Of a stretch of 64,000 bases of DNA, positions 30,151 through 44,140 are shown piece by piece. This DNA is from Takakia lepidozioides. Its lineage: Eukaryota; Plantae; Bryophyta. Made by a program: the position numbers and the translations under genes. The notes under the pieces are model-generated. The model was not told the DNA's origin. It saw only the letters and a list, made by a program, of their open reading frames with translations, and did no database searches. The stretch covers positions 60,202,001 through 60,266,000 of the forward strand of contig CM060732.1 in NCBI GenBank assembly GCA_030704615.1, in the 5' to 3' direction. Within the stretch, counting starts at the first letter, position 1. Each line of letters starts with the position of its first letter.

Positions 30151-33100
30151 CTGCCTCGCTCGGGGACACGCCAGCCAAAGTCACGCCCCTTCTCTTACCG
30201 AGCCCGGACCGGTTTACCGGGTGCCGCGCCTAACCCCTGGTTAAGGGGACCCGTGCCCCCTTCTCTCCCAACACTCTTATTCTCCCCCATTTTTTTTTAA
30301 GTCGGGCAGTCGCACTTGGCGGCGGATGTGCGACGGAGTTTCACTGACACTGGCGGATGTATGTGGGATGGATGAAACTATTTCACATTCATCGTTGATC
30401 AGTTCAACCACTACTACTGCACTGCCCTTTCTGAGCACTTTTAAGACTTTCCAATAATTTTCCTTTTCCACGTGGCGGCCAGGCTACAGCCTCGAGTGTC
30501 CGCCGTAAATTTTGATAAATCCAACGATGCAAGAATTTTATTTTTTTTGTTTTTAAGAACAGGGGACAGTGGTCCTGGAAATTTATTGAAAGTAAGGAAT
30601 TCTTTTATGACACATGATCCACTCCACCGTCCGCATGTTAATTGGACACCATCCGTTCGATAGTTCTTCGCTTTGGAGTTTCGGATCAATGGTTCATTTT
30701 TGGGAGGGCTCTGTTGCCACTCAGGAGTACGGTCAGCTCCAACCGTAATGAATTTGCAAGGCGGGGGGGGGGAGGGGGGGGGGGGACAGAAAGAGAGAGA
30801 TGACGCTAACCAAAGTTAGCGTAAATAAGAGCCTCTTCCACTTCAAGTGCAAGCGCACTTATGAGTGATCACTTAGTTAGTAGTATCCTAGACTTATTAC
30901 ATTATCGGTAGGTTTGAAAATTTACATGGCAAATTATGAAATGGAATAAATGTCAAACAAACATCAGGGCCATCATAAGGGCATGATATCTTTGTCTTCC
31001 TACTTTTAGCACAACAATTTCCTAATAACTCACTCAAACAAAGACCATCCACAAAACATGTGTGCTTCAGCTGTTGCACTAAATTTAGTGCACTAGAGAC
31101 ATATCATGCTTGGATGCGCGTGTAATCATGGGGTCAAATTTATTCATAATTGTGGGTTTTTGTCCACAATTTAAGTTGGGTGAGTGCTCATGACTCCGCC
31201 CATGTTATAACCAGCTCCGCATGTCCATTATAATTGCCGCAACATCACTACAAGTTGGACAACATGTCTGCCTCCACTCCTTTGCCTTCTTATATAAGCA
31301 AAACATGACTTTGCAAACACGTTCAGTGTGCGCAAAAGACATGTATCAAGTTCTTCTCCCTTTGTTACCCCCACACTCTCCACATACAAAAGAGTGGGTT
31401 CCAGTGTTTTATCCCGCAAAAATTTGCAGGTTTTCTTCTAACGAGAAAGTTCTTCTCTCAAGCCAACTAGAGTCACAAGAAAGGGAAATTTTATCTCACA
31501 AAAATTTGGGGGTTTTCTTCTGATTAGAGAGTTATTTTCTCAACCCAACTCGAGTCATAGGACAAGGAAAAGACTCACGAAAGCTGTAGGGAGTCGGCAC
31601 GTCGGCACTCACTCATCTCCCAAGAAAACAAAACAGAGGGGCAGTAAAAGCTCACATGCCAAAGCGGGCAACAACAGACGGAGAGTGAGAAAGGGCCACG
31701 GAGCGCAGAGCACAGCTCAACCCTGCAGCCCTGGCCCGCACTCTGCCCCACACTCTCGCGGATCAACCTGTTTCTCATCCACATCTGTTCATCCCCGTCG
31801 CCGTCCTGCGCAGACGCCAATCGAGCGGCCGGGCAGCAGCTAAATTTCAGATCCACCACACCGGTTCCGACACGACTCGAACCGGGTAACTGGTCTCGCT
31901 CGTCCAACCGGGGCGGGCGCGGTCCTCAAACGGCGCGTGGGCGCGCGCACAGGAAGCGCTGCGGCCGCCGCGCCGTTCAATCCGCGCGGAGGACCGCGCG
32001 GTCGCACGGACGTGGCGACGTGGCGCCGTCCTCCCCGTTTTGGCGACCACTTCCATTTACATACATCTCAACCACACCATTAAACCCCCAATTAATCCCC
32101 CCTGACCAACCTACTAACCCATCCGGCAGCGACCCGGATGTCACTAAACTGGCGACTAATGACAAGCCCCACATCACTAAACCGCCCCGCCCATCCTGGG
32201 CGACCTAAACTAAGCCCAACACACTGGTCTTTGCCGGATGACCGGCATTACCGTCACCGGGAGTGGGACGCCCTTTTCAGACCGGCCGCGGTTCTCTGGC
32301 GCCCTGGACGCCGGCACCACCATAGCAATCCGCGGTTCAAATCCCACATGGGAGCCTACTCCGTGACACGAACTGACTAACTAACGTGTCGACACTGACT
32401 AACTCGCTGTCACGTCACGCAAGCGGGGTTATGTAACTGACTAACCCACCTGGGTCTGCTGACTCTCGCCCAGGCCGGTCAACCTGCTCCCTCCCCTCTT
32501 GGGCTCTGTGACCCCAACCCTACATCCACCGTCTCATCCATGCGCGGATGAGGACTGCCCCATGGGAACGACGAGGGAACATGCTCTCCGGTAGAGTATG
32601 GATGAATGCTGGGCGGAGGATGGATGAATAGCGGGCATAATGCAGGCTGGGTGGTGGCAGGTAGCAGAGGCAAGTGTGCGGACTGAGCGGAATTAGCTCA
32701 ACGGCAGAGTACACGCAGAGGAGGTGAACACGAAAATCTGGCAAGTGTGAGAGGGCAGGTGGGAGGGTGTCAGCCCTTGATGCCATCTTCACTTGAGGCC
32801 TGACTGCACTTTTGGGGAATTTTTGAAACACCAGTCATTCATCCGTCTGTGTAGAAGGGATGGATGATATGTGGATGGGGTGTGGATGAGATGTGCTTTT
32901 GTTTGGGTTTGGGGATGCGGATTTTGTGTGAATGCCAAAAATAGAGAGGGGAACTGATGGAGGATTTGACCTCCTTTAGGGGAGAGTTATTGGGGAGGCA
33001 AATTTGTCAGTCTGGTCTGTTTGACCAGCTTGTCAGTTATGACCACTATATTAGTAATGACCATTAGTTTAGTTATGGCTAGTGACATAGTTATGACTAT

Positions 33101-34686
33101 GTTGTTGGGTCACACTCCTGGTCTGCTTGTTAGTGAGTTACCTAGTTGAAGTAGGTCAAGAGTAGTTTTAGCTACTCACTAATGTGGGACAGTTATTAGT
33201 TAGTTCAGAGTGTACTTTGTACTGATTAGTGAGTGGCTTAGTTGCAGATCACTTGGAGTTAATGCAACACTGGAATTTAGTTATTATGGCTTACTTTTCC
33301 GGCTTCCGGGACTGACCTAGATTTTATCTCCTATTTGTTTCAAATCCCCTTTATCATTATCTGCTGTCTTTGCAGGAATGAAGAAACATTGTACAGTGTA
33401 AGTACACTGGGTGGAAAAATTGAAGATTCAACAAGAAGGAATGATTGATGAAATATATTACTGGGCATTGATTGGAGGATCGGAATTTTATATAAAATTC
33501 AATCAGTACTAATACTATTGTTTATTTCCGGCAACAGTCTACCTACCTAGGGTTGGATTTTGCGATGGTTACCATGAATGAATGAGTGAATGAAATATTG
33601 AGAGCAGCGGCCGCGGGGTCGCAGTGTAGTGATAACAAATTGCTATCACTTCGCGAAAAGCAACACAACTTTCTGTAGGGCGTCTATAATGCACCCTTTG
33701 TGGTGATTGTGACGGCCATAAACCGCGTCACGGGACGATATTTGGAAGGTTTGTAATAGCCCATCCTCCAATGTAAGTGATTATTATGGGGCTTGCCCTC
33801 ACAATTTACATAAGGAATACACAAAACCAAAAGAAACTGAATAAGATTGTGGTGACAATTCAGGTCATAACAGTATTGAAACGATGGTTTACAGTTCTGG
33901 TGCTTGTTTTGCGCATGGCCGGTGCGACTGCCACTAATCATGCAACGGAACTCAATCTACATTGTAAGTTGGATAACACTTCATTTGACGTGTTCGCAGC
34001 AGCCAAAGATAGGGCACACAATATTTTAAAAACAATTGCGAACCTGACAGGAGGCCAATCATACCCCCATACACAAGGTTATCCAAGGTCCATGCTTAGT
34101 GCAGTGCAAACTGCAAACCCTAAATTAGAAAATTAAAATTAAAAGTAAATGGACCTTGACTCTCCTTCTATAGAGAAACTAAAAACAGTAGGAAAACATA
34201 TACATGAATTACGATAGAACAGTGTTCAAAAATCGATCGACCCACTGAAGAATCTGAGCCGTTAAAGAGGAAAGATGACAAGCTTGTGCCGAGGGAAGTC
34301 ACCTGGCCATCCTCTGTCTCGCCACAACTCACACGCGCGAGATCCGATTTAGCCAATTCTGCACGTGTGGTGATTAGTTTTGCCAGCGCTTGAAGCGTGT
34401 GGGTCATGTGGCATGCACCTCCATCGCCAGTCTCGCCGGCTTAAGTTTTTCCCGGCGAGGCCACGTTCTTTATACTGGGGCTACAAGGTAGGTAGGTGCA
34501 AACAGTATGGGATAAATGCTCTGGCTTATGCTCTGGCTTTTGTGTGGATAATGTGACGTCCAAATAAGTGTAGAGTCATGCCACGCTCCGACCAAGTTGC
34601 CCATCTCAGTTTACCACACCCACATAAATTTCATATACTCCCAAAATAATTGGTCGTCCATGGCATGATCCAGACGTTGCAAGTGA

Positions 34687-34868
34687 GGAGCCCAGGTAGA
34701 TGGGCACCACATAATGTTTTTGTCGACAATGATGGTTACCAGAGAGGCCGCCAAGTGTCGGCAGTGTGTATATCCCGTAATGTTATTGCCGAAGTCACCG
34801 GCTCGATTCTGGAATGTGGACCAACTATTGTAGAGCCAGTTTGTGTGAGATGCTTCAAAAGCCTTCAT
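34687..34868 (+). pseudogene. Possible decayed piggyBac transposase C-terminal cysteine-rich domain
   Basis: One frame reads DGHHIMF…KCRQC…ARFW; shifted frames continue NYCRASLC and CFKSLH. This fits the H…CxxC…CxxC.x.LC..CF...H pattern. Confidence 0.45.
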
Positions 34869-35359
34869 TTCTATAGATATATACAAATATCAGAGGCTCA
34901 CTGACGGCACGATTCAATTTTTTCACATAACATTTTTCTATTCAGCTCAATTCTCTGTAGTATGTGTAGAATTTATGTCTCTTGCATTCTCATTCCAATT
35001 GAAATTGTAAAGGAAGTTTGTATCTTCCAACCTTCTAGTCTTTGTACAGCTTTGAGTTCAAGGAGCATCTAGTAGATTTTTTATTTTATTTTTTTGTCAG
35101 TAGATTCAGTTAGAACAACAGGATGGAATCTGAGTTTTTTTTTTCTTATATAAATATTTACACAAGTGCCTGTCCCTAGAGGTCATTTGCCATAATTTCA
35201 ACAAGATAAAAACAAGATAGATATAATATGTTGTCTACAATTAGTACATATAGTTGTGTAGAATTCGGCAATGTCTAGGTTGTATTGTAGTGTAGTACGT
35301 TATAAGTCAAAAAGCATCCAACTTAATCCGTTCAAAACTCCAGAAAATAATAATAATAA

Positions 35360-35413
35360 TGGTCCAGTGGTTAGGGCACAAGGCCGCTTACAAGTGATCG
35401 TGGGTTCAAAGCC
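35360..35413 (+). mobile_element. tRNA-derived SINE head remnant
   Basis: A-box TGGTCCAGTGG and B-box GGTTCAAAGCC, preceded by (TAA)n; similar to 4498-4561. Confidence 0.5.
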
Positions 35414-37464
35414 ACGTAGGTGTATATTGGATATCACCCATCATGGCGAACCCAGCAATAAAAAGGGGATAAATGTGTCAATCGGTTATTTGTTCTGTGG
35501 CCGTCTCGAATGAGCCCTTGGGGGAAGGTTGGGCAACTGCATTGCCCCGGTCACAGTGTTAGAGGGTTTTTGGTGTTCAGTTAGGGGGTCCTTGGGGGTG
35601 AAATGACACCATAAGTTACACTACCACTGTTACCACTGCCCCCACCATAGGGGCAGCCCCTCATGCATCCCGACCCCCCTACCATCATGGCAAGGGGCCG
35701 TGACGTGCAAGAGTTTTTTTATTGCTATTACTTTGTGTTTTATAAGTCAAATCTCAAAAGGCAGAATCTTTTGAGGAGGCAGGCTAGCAACGGTTGTGTT
35801 TCAACTTCCAAGTGTCTCCTACTAAAATTCCTGTCAATGACGGTATATATATCTCTTACTAATATAAAGCTCATGCCACCAGCAGCACATGTTTCTACTG
35901 GAAAATCCTTGAATTAAAAAGATTCACATTGGTTGTTACTCCGATTCTCATTCATAATTCTAAACTTGAGCTTCCCTAGTACAAATCTGTTGTTGTCAAA
36001 ATGGATCTTTTGACAAAGATTCAACAATTGTATTTGGACAGTCCGTACGGCAACGAAGATTCAAGATAAACATGATAACTTCGATGTATTCTCTTCTAAG
36101 CTTGGTGTGACCATCTAAAGCAGTATTTGGCAAAACAAGATTCTTCTAACTTGATGCATCTAGTCAGTGGACGGGCCAGATAAGTTACCATTCAAACATA
36201 AATATGACATCGAGTATGACACAATAGTTAAGTATGTGCGACAAAATCGTAATGACTACCACATAACAATTTTCAAGTAAAAAAAAGATGTTGTGACTTC
36301 TTTGTAAAAAAATGATAGAAATATATAATTGACTAAAATTGTATTCGAGGGTTTTTTTTTAATAAGTATTCAAAAATATTTTTCAAGTGGTCTTTTGAAA
36401 ACTATAAGAACTTTTGAAAACTATGTGTCCAATATTATCACGTATCCTTCCAAATACATTAAAATTTATTTATTGGATTAAATGGATGGATTGTTTGAAT
36501 GATGTAGGGTAAGAACTAAGAACACCTATGGTGGTTTATCAAACGAGTTTTGATTTTTCATAACTTTCTAATTTTAACCAATATAAACAAAAAAAAATGT
36601 ATGGGTGGAAAGCTCTTCAATATGTATTGACTTTATACGAGCCCTACCCCCAAAAAGCTGAATTTGCAATTCCTAAATTCAGATGACACCTAGAGGGGTC
36701 AATGTTTGCAAGTTGTGTAATAAACTTCTAATATGATGCAGCACATAGTGCATCTTATGTGGCACCCTACAAACCTGTCATATCATTATAATGTATCTAA
36801 TTTGGTGCATCCAGATGTAATTTGCTTCCTTTAATGATTTACTTTTTGTCTATTATAGATCGCATCTCTTTCCAATGGCAAGCGTATCTTCTCACACACT
36901 GGAATCACAAAACATATTTTTCACATTTCATGCTACTGCACACTTATAAGCTGGAAATATCAGATTTAGATCAATGGCATAATCTGATTTTTAGTAGAAG
37001 TCTAATCCAATATTACAACGATATACAACATTGGAACTACAAAGAGTAAAAGAAGAGCTCGATCTATATTTCAATCTTCTAAGATAAACAGACAAATTTA
37101 CCCGGGTTAGATATGCAAGATTTTTGTTTCTCAAGACATTGAGCTTGTGCCCAAGTGACTCCAATAGTATTGGTATGAAACTTGGACAACTGTGCATTTG
37201 CACTGATTCTGACTAAGGAGCAAACTAAACGCTTGCTGAAATATTCACTAAGAGACTTGCTGAAATATTGAAGTATTTGTTGAGAGATTTATGATCATAA
37301 CACATCGAGGTACATGCCAAATTCCAATCAATTTAATCTTCTTGTCGTATTACAGTACTAGTAGAGTCCAACAAATGCATCTATTTTTTGTGAGACCTCA
37401 CATTACAAGAAGATTTCACTAGTGATAATCTATATTGATCTACTAAGACTTAGTACTCCATCCG

Positions 37465-38393
37465 ACTTGCACTTTTATAACCTAAATATCTAAATGAACA
37501 CAAAGTCATTGAATCCAGGTTTTTGAGCAAGTGACAAATCATGGATTGAGAAATATTGTAAATATAATGTTTGAAGATACTATCGTGGCTAGCAGATCAA
37601 GCTCATGGACCTCAAGATCATTGATGTACAAGGACATACCATAGATTGTTCTTGGTCATAACACCTTGTAGGATGAAGAACAAAAGAAACTATTCTGTTT
37701 GTTTTTAACAAAACGGAATTTTGATGTTTGATATGAAAGAGACATGACATGGTCATATCTTAATCTGTTTTACTAACATCCACATTGGTTTTGTGGCACT
37801 CATCAACACTATTTCTTACGATGGTCACCACTTAGAGGTATATGAGAATTATCAAAATAGTCAGCGTGTGACGTTAGATCTAAGACAATAGTGTAATGCA
37901 AGGAAGTAATGATAGCTCAAGCACTGACCTATACACTTCTCTGATATAAACTCATTACATAATATATCATGGATAGACACGTGTAATTTGACTTGTATGA
38001 ATGTGGTCACCTACTAGTGTCATTGTATGTTTGTGTGCGCAATATTGATATTCGCCGCTTGAAGCTGGGGAGACATGCAAATGGTAGAACAAGCAGAAAG
38101 GGAGGGTCGTGTTTTGTTGACCAGATATATAAATTACTCCGACGTCGTCTTGTCCCTGACAACTTAGCTTACTGTGTGAGGACCCTTGGCAAGCGGGAAC
38201 AATTAGCCGAGGTATTTTTTCCCCACCTCTCGCTACTCCTCCCTTCTGTATTAATGGCACCTGATATTGCGAAAGTCACTTTTTCTTCTACTTCTCCAAT
38301 CATGCAAAGGGCTTGTGGTGATTTTCTGTTGGGCAGGTAATCGAAATTTTCAAGCTCCAAATCTCTGAAGACAAATTGTTGTCAAGATGTGTT
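37465..38393 (+). repeat. Left arm of ~0.93-kb inverted repeat (partner 52008-52966)
   Basis: Long near-identical reverse-complement match, also seen as near-identical ORF translations 37967-38260(-) and 52173-52430(+). Confidence 0.92.
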
Positions 38394-40647
38394 TGACCAG
38401 GAAATTGGATCGACAAATATTTTTTCCTCACAAGACCCCATCCAGATTCCAATTATGTGGCACCTAAAGCATGTTGCCTCAAAATTTCAAAGCAGAATTC
38501 CAAAATCTTGATAAGGTTGCTTTGTATGGAAAAACAGGGGGGTCAAAACACACCATGAAGCTCAAATGACATGTAATTCAGGCCTAGGGGGGTCGAAATT
38601 TCCTTGGAATCACAATTGATGCGGTGAAAGTGTTCCTTCAATGATGAACTACTACCTCCAAAAAGAAATTCAGAATCTTAACAAAAATTTAGGTAGAGAT
38701 TTGCATTTGTTTCCATTTGTACTTTTGCCTTGTTGTCACCCCTTCAGCCTGCCATGTCGCTAAGTCAAAGCTGTCGGACGACCAATTTTGGGCACCCCTG
38801 CACACTAAAATTTTTACTAACGACGGGGCTTTTATTATTTTAGGGTGCCATAAAGACGGGCAAGTGCATGACATCAAGGCGCACAACTTCCGTTCAGAAA
38901 GTTTTTCATCCAAGGTCATCCAACGATTTGCCATCGTGGATGATTTCTGACACGACCCGAAACGGGTCGCCTCGTCCATTAGGGGTTAAGATTTTCAAAT
39001 CAGTGAACAAGTTTGAACCACTCCATGGTTAAGGTATGAACTCAATACCTCCAATCAATCCACTCAGCCACCAACTTACCCACCACTTCTTTGTTCATAC
39101 CCAAAATTTTAATCTTTTATTGGCTCTCTTGTAGAGAGAGACTTTGCAACATGTTCAAGTCAATGGAGAAAACGTGGTCAAAGGACCTTACCCCATGTCA
39201 AGGCTCACAATTGGTGTGTTGTGCTGAGTCATGCCCCTTAGTGTCACCTTCCTCTTATGTTTTGCCAAGCAAGAGCAGTTTTAGGCTTGTTCTATAATAG
39301 ACACACAAAGGCAAGGCAAGGCTGCGGTGGGGATTTGACTGCAGGCCGCCAAGGGCGTCCCGGCGAGCCCCAGCGAGCTTACCAAGAAGATGCATTCAAC
39401 TCCCATCCTATGTCTACTGTCTTCCAGATTATTCAAGGTTTTCAGTTTTTCCCCCAAAAACATAAAAACAAAAAAAATCTCTCTCACACATGTTGTGAAT
39501 AGTAGGTCACTCATTCTTCATATCATTTTTATTTATATGATTTTTGAAATCCCATATAATTGAAGCTTAATATTGGGTCAATATAAATCTCCAACATACA
39601 CCAATAACACATGATAATCTCATGGAACGAGAATATTCCTATAAATTTCATGTCTCTAGCATGCCATTTGCATGGAGATACCTCTCATTATATCGTTCGT
39701 ACGTTGCTTGTGTGTTGATGTTCTTTCCCCTACACTTTGTTGGCGGCTCCTCTTTAGTCTAAAGAAGAGACCACGCATCAGTGTCAAAAATCACTCAGTC
39801 CATCTTGTGCTTTTCCCAAGGTGTCACCTCCTCTCCTATGATGAAAACTACTTTCATGATGTGCTTTCTTCAAACAACACCTCCCTTAGGTAACCATTTT
39901 TTTTATTGAACAACTTATGAAAAATAAATGGATAAATTTTCAAAGTATGGATGAAAGTAGATCCCACTATTCACAAAGAGGAGCCATACACGACTACCCG
40001 CTTGTATCGTAGTATTCTTTGGTGGCACTAGGTAACTTACACTTCTCTTCCTTTCTTTCGTCTTCCTTTCTCTTTATCACACATTTTTTCTCAATCAGTC
40101 TTACGGTCTTTGTGTTTCTTTCTTTTTTTCTTTTTGTCTTTCCTGTCTTAGTGTTTTGCTCGCAGTGGGTTTCTCACAATCTTGTGCTCTCTTATGCTTT
40201 CTTTTCTTCCAACCATGGGTTTTGGAGCAGCCATCGCAGAAATCTTCAATACAGTGTTTTCTGGTTTGGTGGGATTGTCATGCACCCGACCCCATGAGAA
40301 CAAAGGGTTTTTGGATAGTCCTGGGACCAGTATGTTTCACATTCGACTAACTTCTTTGAACACTTAGTTTGGAGTTCCTTGTTTGGACATCATTTGTAAT
40401 TCCATCACTTGTAATTCCAATGACTGTGAGTCCTTTCAATATAACCATTTGAAGAGGTGCCAGTGGATAATGGATGTCGTGTTCTTTACACCAGCTTTGT
40501 TTAAATGCTCTCTCTTGTTTGTGTCAAGGACGAGAGCATGACTGAACACAAACAAGAGATCGGACTAGAGGTACAAGACTAGACAAGAAGTCAAGGTCGG
40601 CATGGCCGAATGCATGATGGGTATATTGGGCAGGGCCCTGCTGGAAG

Positions 40648-43500
40648 TCTTCATGTAGAAAGGGTTTGCTCGAGTATTATGACCATAACTGGAGAAAAAT
40701 GGAATTTCCTTGGTCGAAGAATGTATAGTGTTGTTATAGGCAAACTCAACCAATGACAGAAGGTCCGTCCAATTATCTTGGTGATAATTTATCGTACAGC
40801 GAAGATACTGCTCCAAAATCTGGTTTACGCGTTCGGTTTGACCATCAATCTGTGGATGATTAGCTGTAGAGAGATTGATCTTAGTATCCAACATATGAAA
40901 TAATCCCCTCCAAAAATTTGATATGAACTGTGGTCCTCGATCAGATACGATGTCCTTCGGGAGTCCATGAATGCGGTAGATATTATTGAAGAAGAGTCTT
41001 GCAGTTTTCTCGCCGATAACCGTCTTATTACATGGAATGAAATGTGTCATCTTTGTAAAACGATCTACAATAACAAGGATTGAATCGGTGATCTTGGAAA
41101 TTGGAAGGTCCGTAATAAAGTCCATAGACACGGACGACCATGGATCATTGGGAATGGGTAATGGTTGAAGAAGGCCGTAAGGTCGATGTCGTGGTCCCTT
41201 CGCTCTAGCACACGTGTCGCAAAATTTTATAAATTCTTTCACGAGTTTCCACATCTGCGGCCACCAATAATCCCTGGATATCAATTCCATTGTTTTGTTG
41301 AAGCCGAAATGTCCTGCAGCCGGAAGATCATGACATGTTTGAAGAATTCACAGTCGTGTAGGTCCTAGAGGTACATAGAGAAGTCCCTTGAAATAAAGTA
41401 AGTCATCTTTGAATTCGAATTCGTTTGTAACATGTGGGTTGTCTCGAGGTCGATTTAGTTGACTTCGTAGTGTCGTAGCAAATCGGTCGTTCTTCAGTGC
41501 TTCCTGAAGCTCCTTTATGATCTCTGCATCGTCATAGGTGGACATAGATACCATATTCAATTGGAGATTTGCTGGTTTCAAGATGGTGGATTTCTGTTGA
41601 TTAAAAACTGTCTCCCCTTTTTTCGGCGCAAGATACAATCGTCGAGAAAGAGCATCGGGTTTTCCTTGAAGATGTCCAAGGCGATATGTAATAACAAAAT
41701 CAAACCTTGCTAGTGACATACCCCATCTTGCTTGACGTCGATTCAAAACATGAGCACTCATAAAATATTCGAGGTTTTTGTGATCGGTGTAGACAGTGAC
41801 CTGATGTTAGCTCCTTCCAATAGATGACGTCACTCCTCAAAAGCATCGATGATCGCTAGAAGTTCTTTGTCATGGATTTCATAATTGATCTCTGCAACGA
41901 AAAATTTGCAAGAACGAAAACCAATAGGGTGTAGTCGGCCATCCGTACCGTATTGAGAGAGTATAGCGTCAAGTGCAAAGTCCGATGCATCTGCTTCCAA
42001 AAAGAATGGTTTAGATGGGTCTGCATGTATCAGTATTGGGGCCGTTGTAAATGCCTACTTCAGCCTTTCAAATGTCTGGTCAGCCTTCTCGTCCCATACA
42101 AATATGTGAGTCGTGTCAATGGTGCAGCGATTTTGGAGTAGTCCTTGATGAAGATTCTATAGAAATTTGCAAATCCCAGAAAACATTGTACATCTCGGAC
42201 CAAAGTTGGTTTAATCCACTCGATGATGGTTTGTATTTTCTTCTGATCCATAAAGACGTCTTTATCAGAAATAATGTAGCCCAGAAATCCGACCTCAGAT
42301 TGATGGAAAAGACATTTTTCCAACTTGGCATATAGTCATCTTTCTCTTAATTTATCAAGGACAAGGCGTACATGGCGGCCATGTTCTTCTTCATTCTGTG
42401 AAAATATCAAAATGTCGTCTAAATAGATGACTACAAAGTCATCTAAAAATTCTCAAAAGATGTCATTCATCATATGTTGGAAAATTGCTGAAGCATTTGT
42501 AAGACCGAAAGGCATAACCCTGTATTCAAAATGTCCATACCTTGTTCGAAAAGTTGTTTTCCATTCGTCTCCTTCTTTTATCCGTACAAGGTTATAAGCT
42601 CCTCTCAAGTCAATTTTGGTGAAAATCTTCGCTCATCCCAGTTGGTTGAGAAGCCCAGAAATCAGTGGCAACGGATAACGATTCTTAATTGTGACTTTGT
42701 TGAGACCACGATAATCCACACACATACGTAATGATCCGTCCTTCTTTTTCACAAACAAGATAAGCGCCCCCGCATGTGATTTTGAATGTCCGATGAAGTT
42801 CTTCGACAAATTTTCATCAATGTATTCACGTAATGCAGCCAAGATAAATTATAGATTGGGTCGAATGGTGGTTGGGCTCCTTCTTGTAACTCAATTGCAC
42901 AGTCATAAGGTCGATGTTATGGCAATATGTCTACATTTTTCTTCTCGAAGACATCCTTGAAATCTTGATATTGAGTGGGTAATGTCAAAGTACCTTTGTT
43001 TGTTGTGGTCTTGATCGGAGTCGCATAAAGTGCAAATGCCGCATCATTTTTGGTAGCTCTCATGAAAGCTCTAGCTCCAAGGAACAGGGGTTGAATACCT
43101 TTGATATTTCTACATTTTTGTCTTGCAGAAATTTTCGCGATCGTCAGTCGATGTCAGGATTGTGAAGTACGAACCAGGGAAGTCCAAGGATCACAGGATT
43201 CGTTGGAGACTGGATGATGTTGAAAACAATATGTGATGCTTGATCTTCAAGCTTCACTTCAAGTGGTCGAGTTTCATGGTCAACATTTCCTGATGCTAAC
43301 GGTCGTCCATCAATGACTTCAACGGGGCCCGATAGTTTCTTCTTTACGAGCGTTAAATTGTGTTGCTTCGCAAAGTTTTTGTCAATAAAACATGCTGAAG
43401 CCCCCGAGTCCAAAAGTGCTTCTACAGAGATATCTCGATTTTGCACTCTGATTTTTACCGGAACTGTGAAGCAAGGTGCAGGGTCGGGAGGTAGAAAGAG
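40648..43500 (-). mobile_element. Ty3/gypsy (Tf2/Tcn1-like chromovirus) pol remnant: protease-RT-RNaseH-integrase, disrupted; no gag or LTR seen
   Basis: ALLDSGAS (PR); [17 protein letters not shown] and [10 protein letters not shown] (RT); DASDFA and YEIHDKELLAI (RNase H); GHFG, WSSVSMDFIT, IVSDRGPQF and DGQTERVNQ (IN); stops and frameshifts. Confidence 0.93.
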
Positions 43501-44140
43501 ACATTTTTTTAGGCACAAAGGCACTAGAATTGAGAGGAAGAAAAGTGACGAGGGAAGAACAGAGCTGAAAAATCCTGCAAAGAAGCCCACAACAAGCACT
43601 TCTTGTGAACAGCAATCCACCACACGAAGGATGTCCCTTTGATGGAGACACACAAACAAGAGCTGAACCACAAGGGACAGTCAAGGAGGATGAGCATGAT
43701 GGGCCAAAGACAGAAGGAAATGAGGACGCCTATGACCAGATTTGGAGAAGATATGATGAGGAGAGGAAAACTTAAGTGAAGAGGACAGACTTGTTCCAGC
43801 AAAAACCAGCCTGTGGGAAGCACTGAAAAGAATGGAAATTGCAGCTTAGAGCGGAATCAGCCCAACACATGGAATTTTTCCAAATGTTGGGCATGAGCAA
43901 ATTAAAACCACAAAGAGTAAATACATGGCAATGCAGCAAATGAAGGCAGTATTGAGGGAGAAACCACCTAAATGGCTGGAACATGAAAAAGGAGAAAGAT
44001 AGTACTTCACTGACGAAGAGGGTGAAGGATGGGAGAGCTGCTTGGAAGAAAGGGGCTGTGGTGGGAAATCCTGCCAAGGAGACCACGACAAACACCAAAT
44101 GGGAGTGAGAATCAAGCACACAAAGAGCTGCCTTCTTGTT

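Noticed and set aside
33777-34136. 119-aa ORF with hydrophobic N-terminus
   Set aside because: Non-ATG start, no recognisable homology, lies in a repeat-rich region.
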